Assembly (NCBI RefSeq): GCF_025725685.1
Contig: NZ_CP107008.1
Location: forward strand, 684,235 to 716,234
Direction: 5' to 3'
Length of the DNA stretch: 32,000 bases
Origin: Halomonas sp. M4R1S46
GTDB taxonomy: Bacteria > Pseudomonadota > Gammaproteobacteria > Pseudomonadales > Halomonadaceae
Part shown: in pieces, positions 29,825 to 32,000 of the stretch
How the letters are laid out: the number at the start of each line of letters is the position of its first letter
Numbering within the stretch: the stretch's first letter is position 1
Program-made: the position numbers and the translations under genes
Notes under the pieces: model-generated
What the model was told of the DNA's origin: nothing
The model's database searches: none
Seen by the model: only the letters and a program-made list of their open reading frames with translations

Positions 29825-29847
29825 TCGCGGGTCCTTCTGGAGGCCCC
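29825..29847 (+). repeat. cos-like 23-nt sequence, copy 2
   Basis: TCGCGGGTCCTTCTGGAGGCCCC, 22/23 identical and same orientation as 26472..26494. Confidence 0.5.
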
Positions 29848-29891
29848 GCCGCCGTCATGACCGGATGCGGGGCTGGCGCTGGGTGCCGGAG

Positions 29892-30530
29892 TTATAGCCA
29901 GTTAGCCCAGTGGCGCTCGCTGATCAGATGAATGTCGCGGCCATCGCGGCGCAACTCCACGGCGTGCTGGATCTTGCGTCCGTAGTTCGACTGGGCCCAG
30001 TCATCGCTGCCCAAGTTGCCGATAACAACGAAGTGGGTGGCGCGGCTGGGGCTTTTCTGGGGCTGTCCGCCGCGCTGCACGATCTCGGCCTCGCACTCGC
30101 GGCGCGTACCAGTGACGAAGCGCCCGGTCAGCACGAAGTTAGAACCTTCGAATACGACATCCGGCACCGGGTCGCAAAGGGGTAGGGCAGTGGATTGCCG
30201 GCTGGAGCTGGAGCCGCCTTGGGTGGAGCCACCGCCAGTATAGTCGAGCAGCAGTCCGATCAGTTCGCCCTCTTCCTCGGCATCCAGAACGCCATCGCCG
30301 AGCATTTCCTCGAGGCGAGGGAAGAGCACGTTGAAAGGCCAGACGGCCAGGGCCTCGGGACGCTCTCCAAGCCACTGGAGCAGGTATTCGGCCTCGGCCT
30401 GGTTGACCGAGCCATCGGCGAGCATCCCGCGGGCCAGCCCGCACAGCTCATTGGCATCCCGGGTGGTGTTCCTGGCCATGCTGAGCCGGCGCGTGACCGG
30501 CTGGCCGTGGTGGTCGAGTTGGATAGGCAT
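29892..30530 (-). CDS. BRCT-domain protein with N-terminal TerB-like helical region
   Basis: FEGSNFVLTGRFVTGTRRECEAEIVQRGGQPQKSPSRATHFVVIG...KIQHAVELRRDGRDIHLISERHWANWL; N-term NELCGLARGMLADGSVNQAEAEYLLQWL. Confidence 0.8.
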   Translation of the reverse strand: MPIQLDHHGQPVTRRLSMARNTTRDANELCGLARGMLADGSVNQAEAEYLLQWLGERPEALAVWPFNVLFPRLEEMLGDGVLDAEEEGELIGLLLDYTGGGSTQGGSSSSRQSTALPLCDPVPDVVFEGSNFVLTGRFVTGTRRECEAEIVQRGGQPQKSPSRATHFVVIGNLGSDDWAQSNYGRKIQHAVELRRDGRDIHLISERHWANWL

Positions 30531-30746
30531 GGGACTCTCCCTTGTTATGGTTCCCTGCGGGCCGTGGGCCCGCAAGGTAGTTTGGCAAAGGGAGGTGAGG
30601 TCTGCCCGTACTGGTGCCCAGGAGCCGCGGGGAGGGGTACCCGTTTCGGGTACGCTTTCCAGGTGGTCCTCGCCGTCGCTATGGCCGGAGGTAGCTGCTG
30701 GCGCTGTTTGTTGATGTGTTCAGCTGGGATCAGGACCCGACTCAAT

Positions 30747-30914
30747 TCAGCGGTCTATGGCCGCGACGTTGTAGAAGATCCTGCCATCGGGGGCCTTCCG
30801 CCAGATGCGCCCCTCAGGCCATGTGCCGTCCTTCCGCTTGTGGTCGATCGCTGAGCGCGAGTAGCCGTAGAGCTCCGCCAGCTTGTTCCGAAGAACCCAT
30901 TTGTTCTGTGCCAT
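30747..30914 (-). CDS. xis: Excisionase, DUF1233-like (55 aa); not in the supplied ORF track
   Basis: Manual translation MAQNKWVLRNKLAELYGYSRSAIDHKRKDGTWPEGRIWRKAPDGRIFYNVAAIDR*; typical W-x-EGRxWRKxPDGRIFxN excisionase pattern. Confidence 0.8.
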   Translation of the reverse strand: MAQNKWVLRNKLAELYGYSRSAIDHKRKDGTWPEGRIWRKAPDGRIFYNVAAIDR

Positions 30915-31085
30915 CGTTGCCCCCTAGTGCCGTGCTTCAACACATCAATCATGACAACCCGCCGCACCTCCTCCAGACTCCCGCTACGCTTTCCAGATGG
31001 TCACGCCAACACCATGGCCGTAGGTGGTACTGGCAGTACGGGTGCCGAGCGCTCGCTAACAGGTAGACCTCTAGGAGGGGGAGGT

Positions 31086-31304
31086 ATGTCCACCGGGAAA
31101 CTGATGTCCCTGGAGGAGTGGCGGAAGGCTCGGTTTGCAGGCGAGCCGCCAGCCATGTCGACCATTCGCAAGTGGTGTCGGGAAGGCCACGTGCCTTCGA
31201 AGAAGATCGGGGGTAGCTGGTTCATCGATCTGGATGCTGAAGCGCGACAGACAGGGAATCCCTTGGCCGATGCCGTGCTGAATGGGGAACGGAGGATCGA
31301 CTAA
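31086..31304 (+). CDS. Excisionase/MerR-like small DNA-binding protein (72 aa)
   Basis: LMSLEEWRKARFAGEPPAMSTIRKWCREGHVPSKKIGGSWFIDLDA; [15 protein letters not shown]. Confidence 0.75.
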   Translation: MSTGKLMSLEEWRKARFAGEPPAMSTIRKWCREGHVPSKKIGGSWFIDLDAEARQTGNPLADAVLNGERRID

Positions 31305-31346
31305 GCCGCGGTCACGGGCGAATCGGCAGGTATACGGGAGGTCGGG

Positions 31347-31583
31347 ATGAAAGAAGCAGGCAACACTACCACTGAGCAGCCGCCACTGCGCTTCCTGAAG
31401 GTACGCGACGTGTGCGACAAGATCGCGGTGTCGCGTTCTCGGCTCTACGAGCTGCTGATCGAAGATGAGGACTTCCCGAAGCCGTTCAAGGACAGTGACA
31501 GCCGCCAGGCGCCCAACTACTGGGTTGAGCACGAGATCGAGGAGTGGATGCGTCGGCGCATGGAGAGGGCAAGACGTCGGTAG
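31347..31583 (+). CDS. AlpA-like regulator (78 aa)
   Basis: RFLKVRDVCDKIAVSRSRLYELLIEDEDFPKPFKDSDSRQAPNYWVEHEIEEWMRRRM. Confidence 0.8.
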   Translation: MKEAGNTTTEQPPLRFLKVRDVCDKIAVSRSRLYELLIEDEDFPKPFKDSDSRQAPNYWVEHEIEEWMRRRMERARRR

Positions 31584-31651
31584 CTGGGCGCCGTTGAGCG
31601 CTTGTCTCGACGCCTGGATAAGATCGAATCAGAGATCGGCGCCGTCCCAGC

Positions 31652-31682
31652 CCCGCCGGGGAGCGCACCGGCGGGCTTTTTC
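31652..31682 (+). terminator. Intrinsic terminator after the AlpA-like gene
   Basis: CCCGCCGG-8 nt-CCGGCGGG followed by CTTTTTT. Confidence 0.85.
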
Positions 31683-31917
31683 GTCTGGCCCGGTGCTGGC
31701 GCCTCGAGAACATCAAATCGGGGGTCTGGGGCTGGTGACCGCGCGTGCCCGGGTGACCGGGGGCCGAGGCGGTCAGATTGACTGCCTCGGGAGGCTGGCG
31801 CCCGTGTGCGCGTGACACGACGTGTGGGCAAGGGGGCCCCAAATTGGGGATGCCTTGGGCCCCGCGCGCCCTGGTACTGAGCCCAGATTTCGGCCGAGTG
31901 GGTGATCTCGTCTTTAT

Positions 31918-31936
31918 GGGGGCATATCTGGGGGCA
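31918..31936 (+). repeat. Candidate integrase arm-type site, right copy
   Basis: GGGGGCATATCTGGGGGCA identical to 16171..16189. Confidence 0.75.
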
Positions 31937-32000
31937 TGTTGCTGGCGCTGATACCGGAGAATCCGGTAACGGTAAGGCATGGTTGGCAGATTTCCGGTGG

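Larger units (their letters stand above)
16012..32000. mobile_element. tRNA-Lys-integrated phage-derived element / phage satellite candidate (~16 kb); right end probably just beyond 32000
   Basis: Integrase next to the tRNA 3' end, AlpA/Xis genes, C4 RNA, replication genes, tape measure, small terminase; 19-bp repeats at 16171 and 31918. Confidence 0.85.

Noticed and set aside
16171-31936. The repeated 19-mer as a CRISPR-like repeat
   Set aside because: Only two copies 15.7 kb apart with no spacer array; position relative to the tRNA and integrase fits arm-type sites. No CRISPR array was seen in the window.

Overview
High-GC gammaproteobacterial (Halomonas-like, by inference) window in two parts. 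About 1-16,056 is ordinary chromosome: umuDC, tRNA-Thr(CGT), a GcvT/DmdA-like folate-dependent transferase, tesB, tadA, mltF, purL, a small Zn-ribbon protein, radD/yejH, scpA-scpB-rluB, and two tandem identical tRNA-Lys(TTT) genes. From the 3' end of the second tRNA-Lys to just past the window end lies a compact (~16 kb) tRNA-integrated phage-derived element. It carries a P4-type tyrosine integrase, an AlpA regulator, a readable P1/P4-type C4 antisense-RNA immunity module overlapping the RBS of an Icd-like small ORF, a primase Zn-finger protein, a RepA-like ATPase, and a gene containing iteron-like GTTGCA/TGCAAC repeats. It also carries a full TP901-type tail tape measure protein with no capsid, portal, large terminase or baseplate genes visible, a tandem pair of paralogous small proteins, a Nu1/DUF1441-like small terminase gene, and two 23-nt cos-like repeats. 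A minus-strand membrane and TerB-like/BRCT gene pair, an excisionase missed by the ORF track, and two more AlpA/Xis-like genes follow. A 19-bp repeat GGGGGCATATCTGGGGGCA occurs near both ends (16171 and 31918), consistent with integrase arm sites. The best interpretation is a phage satellite candidate that carries its own tape measure gene. I cannot verify novelty without database searches.
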